Shown piece after piece: positions 32,449 to 45,100 of a stretch of DNA of 64,000 nt; positions within the stretch are counted from its first letter, which is position 1, and each line of letters starts with the position of its first letter. Under the pieces are notes generated by a model, which searched no databases, was not told the origin of the DNA, and saw only the letters and a list, made by a program, of their open reading frames with translations. The translations under genes were made by a program, and so were the position numbers. Source of the DNA: Amoebidium appalachense (Eukaryota; Protista; Ichthyosporea); assembly GCA_963693365.1 (NCBI GenBank), contig CAVNZM010000004.1:5644564-5708563 (forward strand), written 5' to 3'.

Positions 32449-33009
32449 GGGAAGGAACCCACCTGTCCAAAGCGGGTAGGTGGCCCTCCCCCCCCCCCCC
32501 CCCCCCCCCAAAAAAAAGAAAAAAACTAGCTACTACCCCCCTCCCCGTTTAGTTAGAAACCATTACATAATTCAAACCGCTAAGTGGAGTCAGTAGTAAA
32601 GCGCAACAAGTGGCTTGACAAAAACGTGTGAAACAAATTGCTTTCAAATGTCAATTTAAAAACAGGTCTTGTTGCCATGATAGTATACATTTTTAGTAGC
32701 ACCCAATCACTCTACTGATCACCAGTCAGAAAGAAACGTGCTGGACCAGCTACGCAGGTATGAAAAGTTTGTTTCTACATTGGGGATACTATTAGTTCAT
32801 ACGTGCCGCCTAAAGTTATGGAAAGAGTGTAAGCAGGACAGGTCGGACACCATCATCTCAGCTTTATGATCATTAACTCATAAGCAGCATCACGATAAGG
32901 CATAACCACTTATACAACGGTGGGAACCTTCCATAGCATCACCTGATATTTTAAATGCCTTTTCCTGCAAAAGAAGCCGGACACAGCGTCTGGGCCATCA
33001 TCGAAGAAA

Positions 33010-33150
33010 AGGGTGTGTCACTGTGGCAATGAATCACCTCATCCACATAACCCTACGTTGCCCAAATGCTCAAGTGGTGTCACGGCGCGGTATGCTTGAA
33101 TGGCCCGATTCTGGATACGGATTGGCTCTGTGACAACACCGACCTGCCCC
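33010..33150 (+). pseudogene. Decayed PHD-finger-like coding remnant (probably transposon-derived)
   Basis: Across frameshifts: VCHCGNE..(C)PKC.KWCHGAVCLNGPILDTDWLCDN. Confidence 0.3.
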
Positions 33151-33666
33151 GACTAGCCATGTTTGGTTATGTTGAGCGGATATGATTGGTAAACGCGGAC
33201 TGCGTTCCACGATGCGCGGTCAGTTGAAGTTGCCATTGTCGGAACATGGTGGGTGCACCCGATAAGTATGTGCAGAGCATGGTGCCATGAGTGTATGTGG
33301 CCAATGTGACAGACTTTGAGGGTGAGGCATGTACAACGCACCATAGCACCATACACTAAGCGACCCTCGGACAAAATTTGTAGGAAAAAAATGTGTTCTG
33401 TTAGTGCGGCACCCGGCCTGAGAAATGTGTGTAATCGCGTGCCACAATCTCAATTTCAAACCTCATGGCACAAGTGCGGATTTTCAAAGCCGGGTCAATA
33501 AAACACTTCAGGGCTCTAATCCGAAACGTGACGGGGCATGAAATCATGTAAATGTCGGGGCCGCCCTGGCCGCCGATAGCGACTTACGATCACGGTGGGC
33601 CGCAGCCGTTGGAAAGGGAAAGGGGGAGGGGGGGGGGGGGGAGACTCCGGGCTGAGGGGAGGGGGG

Positions 33667-33700
<34 letters not shown>

Positions 33701-33749
33701 AGGGGACTTGGGGGGGGGAAGTGGGGGGGGGGGGGGGGTTTGGAAGGGT

Positions 33750-33780
<31 letters not shown>

Positions 33781-35979
33781 GCCACGCGGTTCAGCTTTGG
33801 GAAGGGAAGGGGAAGAGGAGGGGGGGGGGGGGAGAGGGGGGGGTGGTGGAGACTTGGGGGAGGGGGGAGGCTGGGGCAGGGAGCGGGGGGGAGGGGGGTG
33901 GGGGGGGGGGGAGGGGCGTGTGTGTGTGGGGGGGGGGGGGGGGGGGGGGGAGGGGGACGGAAAGTCGACCACGGCAGGGACCAGGGTGTGTGCCTTTTCT
34001 TTTTTTTTTTCTTTCTTTTTTTTTTTTTGTTGGGGGAGGGGGGGGGGATTGGTAGTAACGAAATCAACTTCACTTAAGGAGGACAAAACCATAGATTTCA
34101 TCGTCCCTGTCATGCTCTGATGGGCCTAAACGTATATAAACGTATCATGACCAATAGCATTGTGTGCCGCAAATGCGAATAACCAAAAAAGGTTAGAAAT
34201 GAAAAACGAATTTGAGATTTGTACCGCTTAGAATCAAGGCTTTAGAAAGCATCTAAAAAATGATTGGCTTAGAGTTTGCGTCACCGGTCTCCCAAAACTC
34301 TTTCATGTCGCGGGTGTGCGCTCGCCGGGGCATCAGAAATTTTCTGGATTTTCGGGATTAAGAAATTTTAGCCATGGAAACTTTTGTTACAAAGTTTGAA
34401 CGTATGAATCTAAGTATAGCACAAACTTCAATCACACATCCGATAATGAGTTGCTGGTTTGGCAAGGCTTCATTGTTATTGCGCTAAATGTAAACTATTG
34501 TCCCGGTATAAGAAAATATTTCGGAAGGCTGGTTACAAACGTTACGATCAGCCCCACAATTGAAGATCTGCCGGGGGGAATCGCATGTGGCTCATCACAC
34601 GACAGAAGATGAAAGTTTACTCACACCGGGCGAGCGATGGATTTCTTCTATATGATATGTTTCTTCTTTTCATTACTTCTCTTCAGTTTTTTCTCTTTCT
34701 CTCTGAATATCCACCCCCCCAAAAAAGTTTATAGCTGCAGCAGACTTCATTGGATTCCTGAATAAATTTTGACCAATCAACGAAACATTTGTTTTCGAAA
34801 CAAGTGATTCAAAAATATTAATGAAAGTCGATTTCGGATAAAACACAACAAACACAGTGTAACTATGCGTAACTAATTCTTTTTCGATGGTATTTTATCA
34901 AACTAATGATAAGAATAAAAAACATGAATATGTTTGTATGTATTTGAAAGAAACTGTAGCTGATTATTTATTATATGGAAACCAGCTGATTAGTGGAAAC
35001 CGTCTGATTGGCTCAATCATAAACCTGAAGCCTATAAATGCCGCCGCCCTTGAGATTCATCCTCTCATTTCTCCAATTTCTCGGGCGCCTTTCGCCAGAT
35101 CGACAACCGAGAGTGGAAATAACCTAATCGGAGTGAATTAACCAGCAGTCAAACTGGTTAATTCATTACGAGCCCTCGGAAGTGGAATTCTTATGCCAAC
35201 GTCGTCTTTACCAGCCCCAGCAAGGGGATACATGAGCCGGTGCCTGTGGATCAATCTCACAAGCAGGCACAGGTGTGCTCCACAGGAGCAATGAAAAGAA
35301 TGACAAATGTCATACAGAAACATGATCAAAAAACGTAGCTAGTGCCTAAATAGGCAAAGGGTGTGGTGGGTGGGCAAAAACTTAGCTAAAAAATTGGGCC
35401 TAAAGAGACCTAAACGCGCTCAGTAGCGCCGCAACTGACCTCCATTGGGCCGCGCAAGCTCATTGTATAGCGCGGGGCCCACATTTTTGCCTATGGAAAT
35501 ATGAAGAAATGACCTAAAACCTATCAAATCCATGAAATCTACCAAAATGGAATTTTTGCTGCACATCAACCAATGAAAATTTTCACAAGTGGCTAAAACC
35601 CCTAGATCACAAAGACCAAATCAATTGCCGCCCATTTCGGACTAGATATTACTCAAACTCATCAATATATCCATATGGCAATCCCACAGAACATAAAAAC
35701 AGCTACAGCTCCCTAAATAAAAATGCTAGCAGCCTGAAACTTTGCACACACATCAAACACACCAAGGCCTACAACATGCTACTACTACGAATTTTACAGG
35801 ACACTCGCAACACACAATTTCACTCCAACGGGGCTATCTAATTCTCCTGCAAAGAAAACACGTTTAAAAACTAAATATTCTTATGCCAAAGTCGTCTTTA
35901 CCAGCCCCAGCAAGGGGATACATGAGCCGGTGCCTGTGGATCAATCTCACAAGCAGGCACAGGTGTGCTCCACCACTCC

Positions 35980-36791
35980 CTACCTGGCACGGGAAGGAAC
36001 GAACCATGCCGTGGGTGACTGACGCAGCGCTGCAGCCCGGGCAAGGAGCGACGCAGGCACGCGAATAGAAAGAACAAGAGACTGGCCGGCCTGCACATAC
36101 TGGCGGAGGGAGGCATGCGATCTCCATCGACCACGCAGAGCAATCGTCTCTACTGAAACACCCCTGACGTAGTCTCTCGAGGCACCACCATGGCGAAGAC
36201 TGTGTAGATGGAACCCATACTCGTTGAGGCCGAGGGAGTCTCAAGCCGCTTGGAACTTGGCACGCAGAACATCATACGAGAAAGGAAACAGCCGCGCAGA
36301 AGGGGGGGCACCACGGAACCAGAAAGACGGGATGGCCAACAGGGACGGATCGGTGATGGGGACAAACTGATTTGGACCGGTCTTGGTGTCCGAGCAAAAC
36401 AGCAATACCCAACAAGGGGCCAATTTTGGAATACAAATGATGGCCAATGACAAGGACCAATGAAAACGGAAGCGGGGGGTGTGGTCTTTGCTGGAACAAG
36501 CCGGTTCCAGCCCTGCAGGCTCCGTTGGGCGGCCTGCAGGTGTGGACTCAGGCGTGGCATGAAATGCTTGATGCCGGCAGCTGTGTTGACACAGCGCTGA
36601 TGCTGGCCACGCGATAGATCAATGGCATAAAACTCCTCAAAATACTCCACCAGGAGGTCGTCCAGTTCGGCGGGGGACTTGGTGTCGGTGCCAGTGGGCA
36701 ACCAATCCAGGAACTCAACAACAGCATCCCGGTAGGCCTTGAGGGTTGGGGGCTTTATGGCCTGGTCAGCCAGAAAACCGCGAGGGACCAT
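35980..36791 (-). pseudogene. Tyrosine recombinase (disrupted)
   Basis: MVPRGFLADQAIKPPTLKAY..TKTG..HSLRHGGA..LRGRW..RQYVQ; frameshift, in-frame TGA at 36243-41, and a deletion of the FRVSEL region relative to the copy at 57050-57180. Confidence 0.9.
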
Positions 36792-37653
36792 CTGCAGGAT
36801 TGTGGGCTGACGGCATCCACACACAATACAAACGAATGTCGAGGGCAAGCGTGTAGGCAGCCACCTGGCGGCATACACGGTTAAGATGTCGGGATGCTGA
36901 ACGACCCTTAGCAACAGCCCCAAGCAGCGCCGTCGAATCAAGGCCCCAAAGGTAGCGGGAGCCCCGGGCAGCCGTAGACCGACCTAATCGACGAAGCCCC
37001 AGGAGCAAGGCTTCTCCCTCCAGAATGTTGATGTGGTCGGAGTGGCGCCAACGATGACTGATGTTGGTGGTCCACCAGCCACCAACAGCTGCCAGGATAG
37101 GTGCCGGGGGGACTGACAGGCTTGGCTCGTGCACAGGACCAGACAGCTGGCTGTAGTGGCCACGCCGGTTGCAGTGAGGCAGCACTTGGCAGAGAAGCCC
37201 TGCTGGCAGCACCCGGGACACCACTGCACCACCCAACAAGGAAGCATCAGTGCAGAACATGGTGCTAGCAAACCCAGAACGCAAACCACAACGCATCAAC
37301 GGGGCCAAGGCACACATCGCCTGAAGCTCCCACACCACGGGCGGTGGAAGGGGCTGTTCCCAACCCCCCAGCTGCTCCACAAAACTGTAGACGGCACTCA
37401 GAACCGACAAAAGCGGCCGCTGCAGCAGTGCCGCCCACACCCAACCACCAAGCAACTGCTGCAAACGGAGCTGCGTGACGACACCACGACGCAACACGGC
37501 CTGGGTTTCCGCCACCAGACGCCACAAGGAAGCGCCAGACGGGCGTAATATCCCAGAGCAATGCATTTCCAGGCCTAGCAGCACCATAGAGGATGACGAA
37601 CCAGCAGCCACATCCTTCTTGACATTGGAGGGAAGACCAGCCGGGCCGGTGAC
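36766..37653 (-). pseudogene. RT C-terminus / RNase H of the YR retrotransposon
   Basis: FCTDAS..HINILEGEA..DSTALLGAVAKGRSAS..WMPSAHNPADGPSR (RNase H motifs); N-terminus cut by the LTR insertion. Confidence 0.9.
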
Positions 37654-38133
37654 TGTAAACAGTTGAACTAGTTGGGATAAGGCAGAGAACAACTGAATCA
37701 GAATAAAGACAGAGAACGGGTAGAAAGGCACACGCGGCCAAGTTGCTTTTACTATGGGCCGACTCAGTCTGTCTCAGACTTCACTGATGTGATCCCCGTA
37801 CTGGGACGGCTTTCTTATATAGCCCCCAGGTTTCGGATCAAGGCCCAGGATTGGTTCATCCGCGGCCAGCGCGGGTGGCAACATGCCATTCGTGATTCTG
37901 GTGCGGTCCGAGCCAGTCAGACCTTCGTCCTATTTATGCAAACCTCTTATTGGTTCACTTCGTTTATGTGGTATGCAGCGGAAGAACCATATATGGTTCA
38001 ATTCTTAGGTCAGAGTGAGTCCTATTGGTGCGGACATAATATTTATGTGATATTCATGACAAAGCACGAATCGTGTGCTAGTAGATCACATTCTTTAGTA
38101 AACATGTACAGTTCATGTGTACAGTTGTTTACA
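37654..38133 (-). repeat. 3' LTR of the non-autonomous element
   Basis: TGTAAACAG..GTTTACA, apparently identical to 40728-41207. Confidence 0.95.
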
Positions 38134-40712
38134 CTCCCCCCCTTGTCGGGAGCCTGGTGGTGTCGTTAGACAAGCAAACCACCAGGCTGAGAGGCGATAA
38201 ACAACCTTCAGCGAGAATTCTTGTGTGTGCCGAGCTGCTGGACAGAACAGAGCAAGGACGGTGGAATAGAGTTGTGCACGTCTATGAGCACTTCTTCATT
38301 TGCCAAAACGTAAATTCATGCAGCATTCTTCTGTGATTTCATTTTCGTGGCGAAGATTGTTGCAGAGTGTGCGTGCGAATAATTCGCTAAGCCTTCGTCT
38401 CTGTGCTTGGCTTTTCTGTAGAAGTAGTATTTTCCTTTTTGGGAATTTTTCCTTTTTAGGATACTCCCGCAGATTCGTTTTCAATTGCGAGTAATTTGGT
38501 TGTGTGGATGAATGATCATACCAAACATTCGATAATGAATATAACTCGAGCCTTAGGTCACTTCGTAGCTCAGGTAGTGGTGGATAGCTTCAAGGCTTAG
38601 CCGCTGCTCCTTATCCCGGTTCTACCTTAAGACTGTAAGGCGAGTCACCATGGCCGGAAAAGCCACTTCTTTCATGAACAAAGAGCACTTCTTTCCTTTC
38701 AGCTTTAACCCTGCATCATCGGAGCTGGGAAAAACAGAATAAAAATGCCCAAGTGTTCTTCGTTGGGCGACATAAAGAAATATATCACCCGTCAGAACCA
38801 GTAAAAGCCCGGTTCATAATTCATAAGAAGAGGGTAGGCAAAGCAAGCCTCCTTCAGAAAACACATGCTTCCATTCGTGAGCAGTTTTCGTATCCCATTT
38901 GCCAGCCATTTTTCGTTGAGCAGGGGGATTCCAGGCATAATACATTCTTCTGGAGGCTTGGCCTAAAAAGAAAAGTCGTCAGAGTCGCCCTTTCTTTTGT
39001 AAGCAACTTCGTGAGCGCGCTTCGTATCTTCATATCCTCCAGTGCAGGTCTGGATGGTGCCCCATCCTCTGCTTCATTTGTAGGTGGCCCTACTGTAGGT
39101 TCTGTTCGTTGTGTGGAATACCAAAACCATTCGTATTCGTGGAACTGCTTTGTGCTGTGCTTTCTTTCGTGTTGGTGTTCATGAAGTTACCCCGTTCACA
39201 CACCCTACTTCTTACATACATTAGATGTAAGTAGCTGCCTGGTGAGTGTGTGGCTCGTGTTCGTGGCATTCTTCTGTTCCTTCGTGAGAAGAATATTCGT
39301 TTTAGCAGAGGTGCCCAATAAGGCAGCTTGTGGGGTTGTCTCCCGCATGTGCCCATTGGTGGGGTATGCACGTGCTAAATTGTTACAGTGTCATCATATT
39401 GCAAGGGAATAACATGGTCACCTCCGTACCAGGGCCTAGGTACACATGATGGTCCGATGTGTTAGTCAACAACACCTTGCATTCGTATTCGTATTCGTCT
39501 TCCACGTCACTTTCTTCAGTAGTGAAGGAGGGTATTCGTAATTCGAAACTGAAAGGCTTCCAGCCAAAATACTGACACTGTATGCTGGGGTTGTGAGGGA
39601 ACGGTGCCCATACCACATTCTTTTGTTCTGGTGGGGGTGTGCCGGCAGCTAGTGCAAGGCTTGACAGTGTAATTGGTATGTTACACAGTATTGCCACAGA
39701 CGGGCATTCACCTTAAAATTCGTACCCAACACCTTCTTTGTTTTTCACATGCATGAACAAAAGTTCTGCATCGACTTTATTACATGCCTTTTGTGCACCA
39801 AGAGTGCAAATTCGTTAGGGCGTGGCACCAGGAAGGGCCGCCATACATGAGGCATATGTTCGTAATGTGTTTAGGCATGCCAGCATACATTCATGCGCAT
39901 GTTGTGCATCCTGTGCGCTAAACTATGGGGCATGCTGTATTCGAAAACAGCAAGAAATTCGAAGCATGCATGCAAAACTACTTTCACAGCACCTTATGTC
40001 CTCAATGCTATAGGAACAGCGACTATCTTCTTCTTTAAATGCATTCGTGCTGAAAGTGGCCGTGCATCTGGCTTGCGAGTGTGGAGGTGCATGCGGTGGC
40101 ATGGACACGATGACAGTGTGCAATAGCGCAATGCACGCAAGGGCAACGGTTTTATTTTCTTCCTAACATAGAGGGGGCTGTGTGCATTGCAACCCAAGCA
40201 GTGTTGTGCATTCGTTCTTGCATTTTCGTATTTCCAGTTCATTTTGCTTTCGTTTTTCGTTTTTTGTCGTTTGATAAATTCGTTACTTCGTTTTGTTTTC
40301 GTGTTGCATTCATTTCGTATTTCCTCTATGCATTCGTTTGTCGTTCATTCTTTATTTCATTGTGTATTCGTGATGGTTCGTTTTTCGTTGGTTCATTGCT
40401 TCGTTAGCAATTCTTTATTCGATTGTTCGTGTATTCGTTGTTTGAAAATTCGTTGTGTATTCGTTTTTCTTCACATTTTTGATGTGTCGTAGCAAAAGAA
40501 GTTTTACATGCTTTCAATTCTTTCCGTGTAGGTGGGCTGGCCACTTCAAACTTGTCGGTGTATATATTCTAAGCCGGACAAGGAAAGATGTGCCTATCAT
40601 CGGGGTAATAAGGATTGTGATCGGCCATGGGAGATTCTTGAGCTGATTGAAAGATGTGAGATTCTTGAACTGATTGAAAGATGTGAGATTCGAAGGATGC
40701 GAGATTCTTGAA

Positions 40713-40726
40713 CTGCGCGGTCGCCA
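40713..40726 (-). promoter_or_regulatory. Primer binding site (possibly tRNA-Arg)
   Basis: TGGCGACCGCGCAG one nt after the LTR, complementary to a tRNA 3' end ..CGCGGUCGCCA; tRNA identity is inferred. Confidence 0.7.
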
Positions 40727-40727
40727 A

Positions 40728-41207
40728 TGTAAACAGTTGAACTAGTTGGGATAAGGCAGAGAACAACTGAATCAGAATAAAGACAGAGAACGGGTAGAAA
40801 GGCACACGCGGCCAAGTTGCTTTTACTATGGGCCGACTCAGTCTGTCTCAGACTTCACTGATGTGATCCCCGTACTGGGACGGCTTTCTTATATAGCCCC
40901 CAGGTTTCGGATCAAGGCCCAGGATTGGTTCATCCGCGGCCAGCGCGGGTGGCAACATGCCATTCGTGATTCTGGTGCGGTCCGAGCCAGTCAGACCTTC
41001 GTCCTATTTATGCAAACCTCTTATTGGTTCACTTCGTTTATGTGGTATGCAGCGGAAGAACCATATATGGTTCAATTCTTAGGTCAGAGTGAGTCCTATT
41101 GGTGCGGACATAATATTTATGTGATATTCATGACAAAGCACGAATCGTGTGCTAGTAGATCACATTCTTTAGTAAACATGTACAGTTCATGTGTACAGTT
41201 GTTTACA
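40728..41207 (-). repeat. 5' LTR of the non-autonomous element
   Basis: Direct repeat of 37654-38133, followed on the minus strand by the PBS. Confidence 0.95.
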
Positions 41208-41289
41208 GTGACGCCATGATACGATTCACGCTGACGATTGATGGCGGTGGCATCTGTGCCGACCCAGCCACAGTCGTCCACATACAGGG

Positions 41290-42066
41290 TGTAAAGTATC
41301 CTCACGGACACTTCAGTGTAAAATGTATGTGTATGAGTGTAAACGGGGTTCACTCTGAACTGGATTTCAGAGGATCGATGCGTGCGTTTATATACGGATG
41401 GTCGACCCGGACAAGATTACTTGACCAATTACACAACTCCCTAGCCGACCAATCATATTACAGATTAGTACAGGGCTAGTAATTACTGTGTGTGACTACT
41501 TGGTCTCTTGCCGGTTCTAACACTCATATATAATCTTTACTGCTGCATGACTTATGACTTACACAGCCCCGAAATATACTCCAAATAAACAGGTACCAGT
41601 ACTTTTCCTGTTTGTGACTTTGGTTACCAGTTACCTTTCGGAGTGCTGTCTCTCTCACATGTGTAACTGCAGGTTTACAACGACCACTCATTGCAGCTGG
41701 ACTTTACCGGGATGCCCTCAACATGACTGGTCGAATATGAGACTCCCCAATCACTCACAACCTGCTTGTTAGTTATTCGTTCTCTATGGCCGCAGCATTT
41801 ACGTGTTCCAATCAACACAGAAGAGGCCATAAGTGTCCACTCACGCGAGTCTCACTGTAGTTCGTTTCCAAGTAACCGAACATATGTAATTGTATTTGAT
41901 CATCCGATTGGAAAAGCAGATATAACATTTATGATTGGCTCATTCATCAGCAAACGCCGACATCTGACTGGATGAGCCGGCACCGACGAATTGTAAATAA
42001 AGCAAATAGATCTGAATAGATCTGAATCGATCGATTGACAAGAATGCTCGCCGCGGAGACATAACA
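41290..42066 (-). repeat. Chromovirus 3' LTR
   Basis: TGTAAAGTATCC..CATAACA. Confidence 0.96.
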
Positions 42067-42114
42067 ATCCCCCCTCAGCAGGAAATCTGAGCTCCGACGA
42101 AGAAGAGACAAAGT

Positions 42115-45100
42115 TTAACACATCGATTCAAGTTTCTTTTCCCGCCGTGGGAACAGAACATCGCGCAACTGCCGTCGTCGTAAAAGACGAGCCGTGCGTG
42201 CATCTGTAGCATTTGGTGTCGAGTTAACACTCACCGACTGAGTGACGTCGACCTGTTTGTCTACCCGTGGTGTTTTTGGATTTCTAGGAACAACAACCTT
42301 AGGATGAGAAGGTTGTCTAACTACCCGACGTTCGTATGCTTGGATTAACTCTGGGCACCATAATAAAGACTCTGGACGCCACTGATTGAAAGCCGTGTCG
42401 TAGCCTGCAAATTTGACTCGATAATAAGTGGTTGCATGGCCGTTGACTGTAACTACTTTCTTATCCAAAATTTTCTCTACCGTGGTGTCCATGCCACCTA
42501 ACTCTGGAATACCGTTATGCTGGGTGTTAGGACACTGAGAAAACGTCGAAAGAGCACGGAAGGCAAATTCGTGGTAAGCCTTAATGTCGTCGACGTTATA
42601 CTGGCGAATATCGTGCTCATTCACCGTATGCCGGAGTTTGTATTCAGTACTACCTATCCGGGCTAACACTATATATGGACCCAAGAACCGTGGTCTCCAT
42701 TTCTTCACGGGGCCACCCTTAGCACGGGTGAAATTCCTAACCAACACCTTACTGCCCACTTTAAAAGTACGGAGAGAAATGTTAGTGTTAGTGCTGTTAG
42801 TAAGAGATTCATGTGCTTGCTCTGTACGTTGCCGTGCCACTTCACGGGCATGCAAAACTCGAGCCAACACCTCCTCCCTATACTTAGTCCACTCTTCCAT
42901 ACGGAGAGGACCAGAGAAGGCAGGAAGCATACTCACATCTAAGAACTCGGTACACTCCTGACCATGCACAAGAAAATACGGAGAAAAACCAGTGATAGCA
43001 TTAGGTGTGGTACGATAAGCATGCACCACAAAAGGAAGTACACTATCCCAGTCAGCGTGCTCCATATCCACATATTTTGCTAAACACGATTGAAACACTG
43101 CATGTGCACGTTCAGCAACGCCATTAGCTTGAGGGTGGTAAGCAGACGTATGCAACAATGACACACCCAACAGTTTACACACCTCACTCATTATTTCAGA
43201 CAAAAATGAGCTACCCCTATCACTTAACACAGAACGGGGGGGGCCAAAACGAAGACAAACATGATGCAAAAACACACGTGCCAACGTCACTGCATCACTT
43301 GAACGAATAGGGACAGTTTCAGTCCAACGTGTAGCTAAATCAGTGAGAGTAACAATATAATGATTACCCTGCACTGTTTCGGGGAAAGGCCCCATCACAT
43401 CCATAGCTACCCGTTCAAAAGCCTTAATAAAAGTACCATGATACTGGGGGACCCGACTTCGCATGTGTGTGGATTGATTGTGAAATGCACATGCATGACA
43501 TCCCAACACCTTTCTCTCCACATCCTTACTCATGCCAGGCCAATAATAATTCACTTGCACACGTTGATATGTACGGGACACACCTAAATGACCCGCCCAC
43601 GGAGCATCATGCATGTGTTCAAGCACCATATCAACCAAACGAGGGGGAACCCACAAACGTTGACCTTGTGGCCCACTTAAATGATAAAGAACACCATCTT
43701 GCAACACACATTGGAGAGCACACCTTTTTGTACGATTTTCCCATGTCCGACGTTGGCCTTTGGTGGGTTTATCCACCGAAAAAACCATATCCCCTGGACG
43801 TTGCTCCACTTGACATATCACGTCGTGCAAAAACCTGTCACTGCGTTGTGACGACACCACCTGTTCCTGAAAAACAGGTGTAGAAAACTGGGAAGGAGAG
43901 GTGAACGAATTCGGGGTCCCACCGTGTACCGGGGCCCCTACCTTCACCATACTATCCTTAAGAGAGGAGATGTCTACTTCAGCAGCCCACACATGCTGAT
44001 TTGACACGTTGATTGAATCTACTTCAACATTTACTCCATCAAAAGGGTGTGTTTGGGTGAATTTATCATACTCGATGTATGCATTTCTACTGAGTGCATC
44101 ACAATCTTTCATACTTTCACCTTTTGCATAAAAAGCCTTGTAATCAAACGAAGCTAACTCTGCAGCCCACCGTTGCATGCGTTCGTTGGTTAGCTTAGTA
44201 AGACCTTTCATGGCTAAAGTAGGTTTGTGATCAGAATACACCTCAAACGTCCTACCTACCAAAATATGTCTCCACTCTTTGGTAATGAAATGATAGATAG
44301 CATGACTTTCCCGTTCTGGATTACTGTAACGTCGTTCCGTGGGGGAAAATACTCGACTGCCATATGCAACTACTCTATCTACTTTATCCTGTTCTTGATA
44401 CAGTATGCCACCCTCACTGACTAAACTGGCATCTACCCGAACTCGGAAAATACCTTGTGTGGGGGAGAAATCGGGGTGAACGAGAACATTATCACTTACC
44501 AATACTTCTTTTAACCGTTCAAAAGCTTCTAAAGCTTCAGAGTCCCACAACACGGGGGCTTTTCTGTCACCACCTGTCTGCTTAGTAAGAGGGTGAGCAA
44601 TTTCGGCATACCTCCGTATAAAACGACGGAGGTAATTGGTTAGTCCTAGAAACTGCCTGAGCTGAGTGACCGTTTTAGGGTGAGGCCATTCTGTAATAGC
44701 CTTGATTTTACTAGGATCAGGAATAACACCATCCTTCGTGATCCTATGACCCAGGAATTTAACATCTTGCACCCCCACTATGGTCTTTTTACCACTCACT
44801 TTCATACCAGCAGCTTCCAACACAGAGAACACTTTTTCACAATTAGAAACTAATTCTTCAAACGTTCTCCCTTTGACACATGCGTCATCCATATAACACG
44901 CCGTATACGATAAACACGGACGCAAGATATCGCGCATAATACGACACAAATTTGCAGGTGCATGCACAAGACCTTGGGGCATCACAGTAAACTGCCACAA
45001 CTCACCATCGAATGCAAAAGCAGTCTTCTCCTTATCCTCTTCCCTAAGCCGACACTGAAAAAATGCATTTTTCAAATCGAGGACACAGAACCACTTATAG

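Larger units (their letters stand above)
37654..41207 (-). mobile_element. Non-autonomous LTR retrotransposon (LARD-like), 3554 bp
   Basis: Two 480-bp TG..CA LTRs, TSD GTGAC (37649-53 / 41208-12), PBS TGGCGACCGCGCAG next to the 5' LTR, PPT AAGGGGGGGAG at 38144-38134; no long internal ORF. Confidence 0.93.

Noticed and set aside
34074-35187. TTAA-GGAGG start suggesting a Kolobok-type element
   Set aside because: No matching right terminus found in the window
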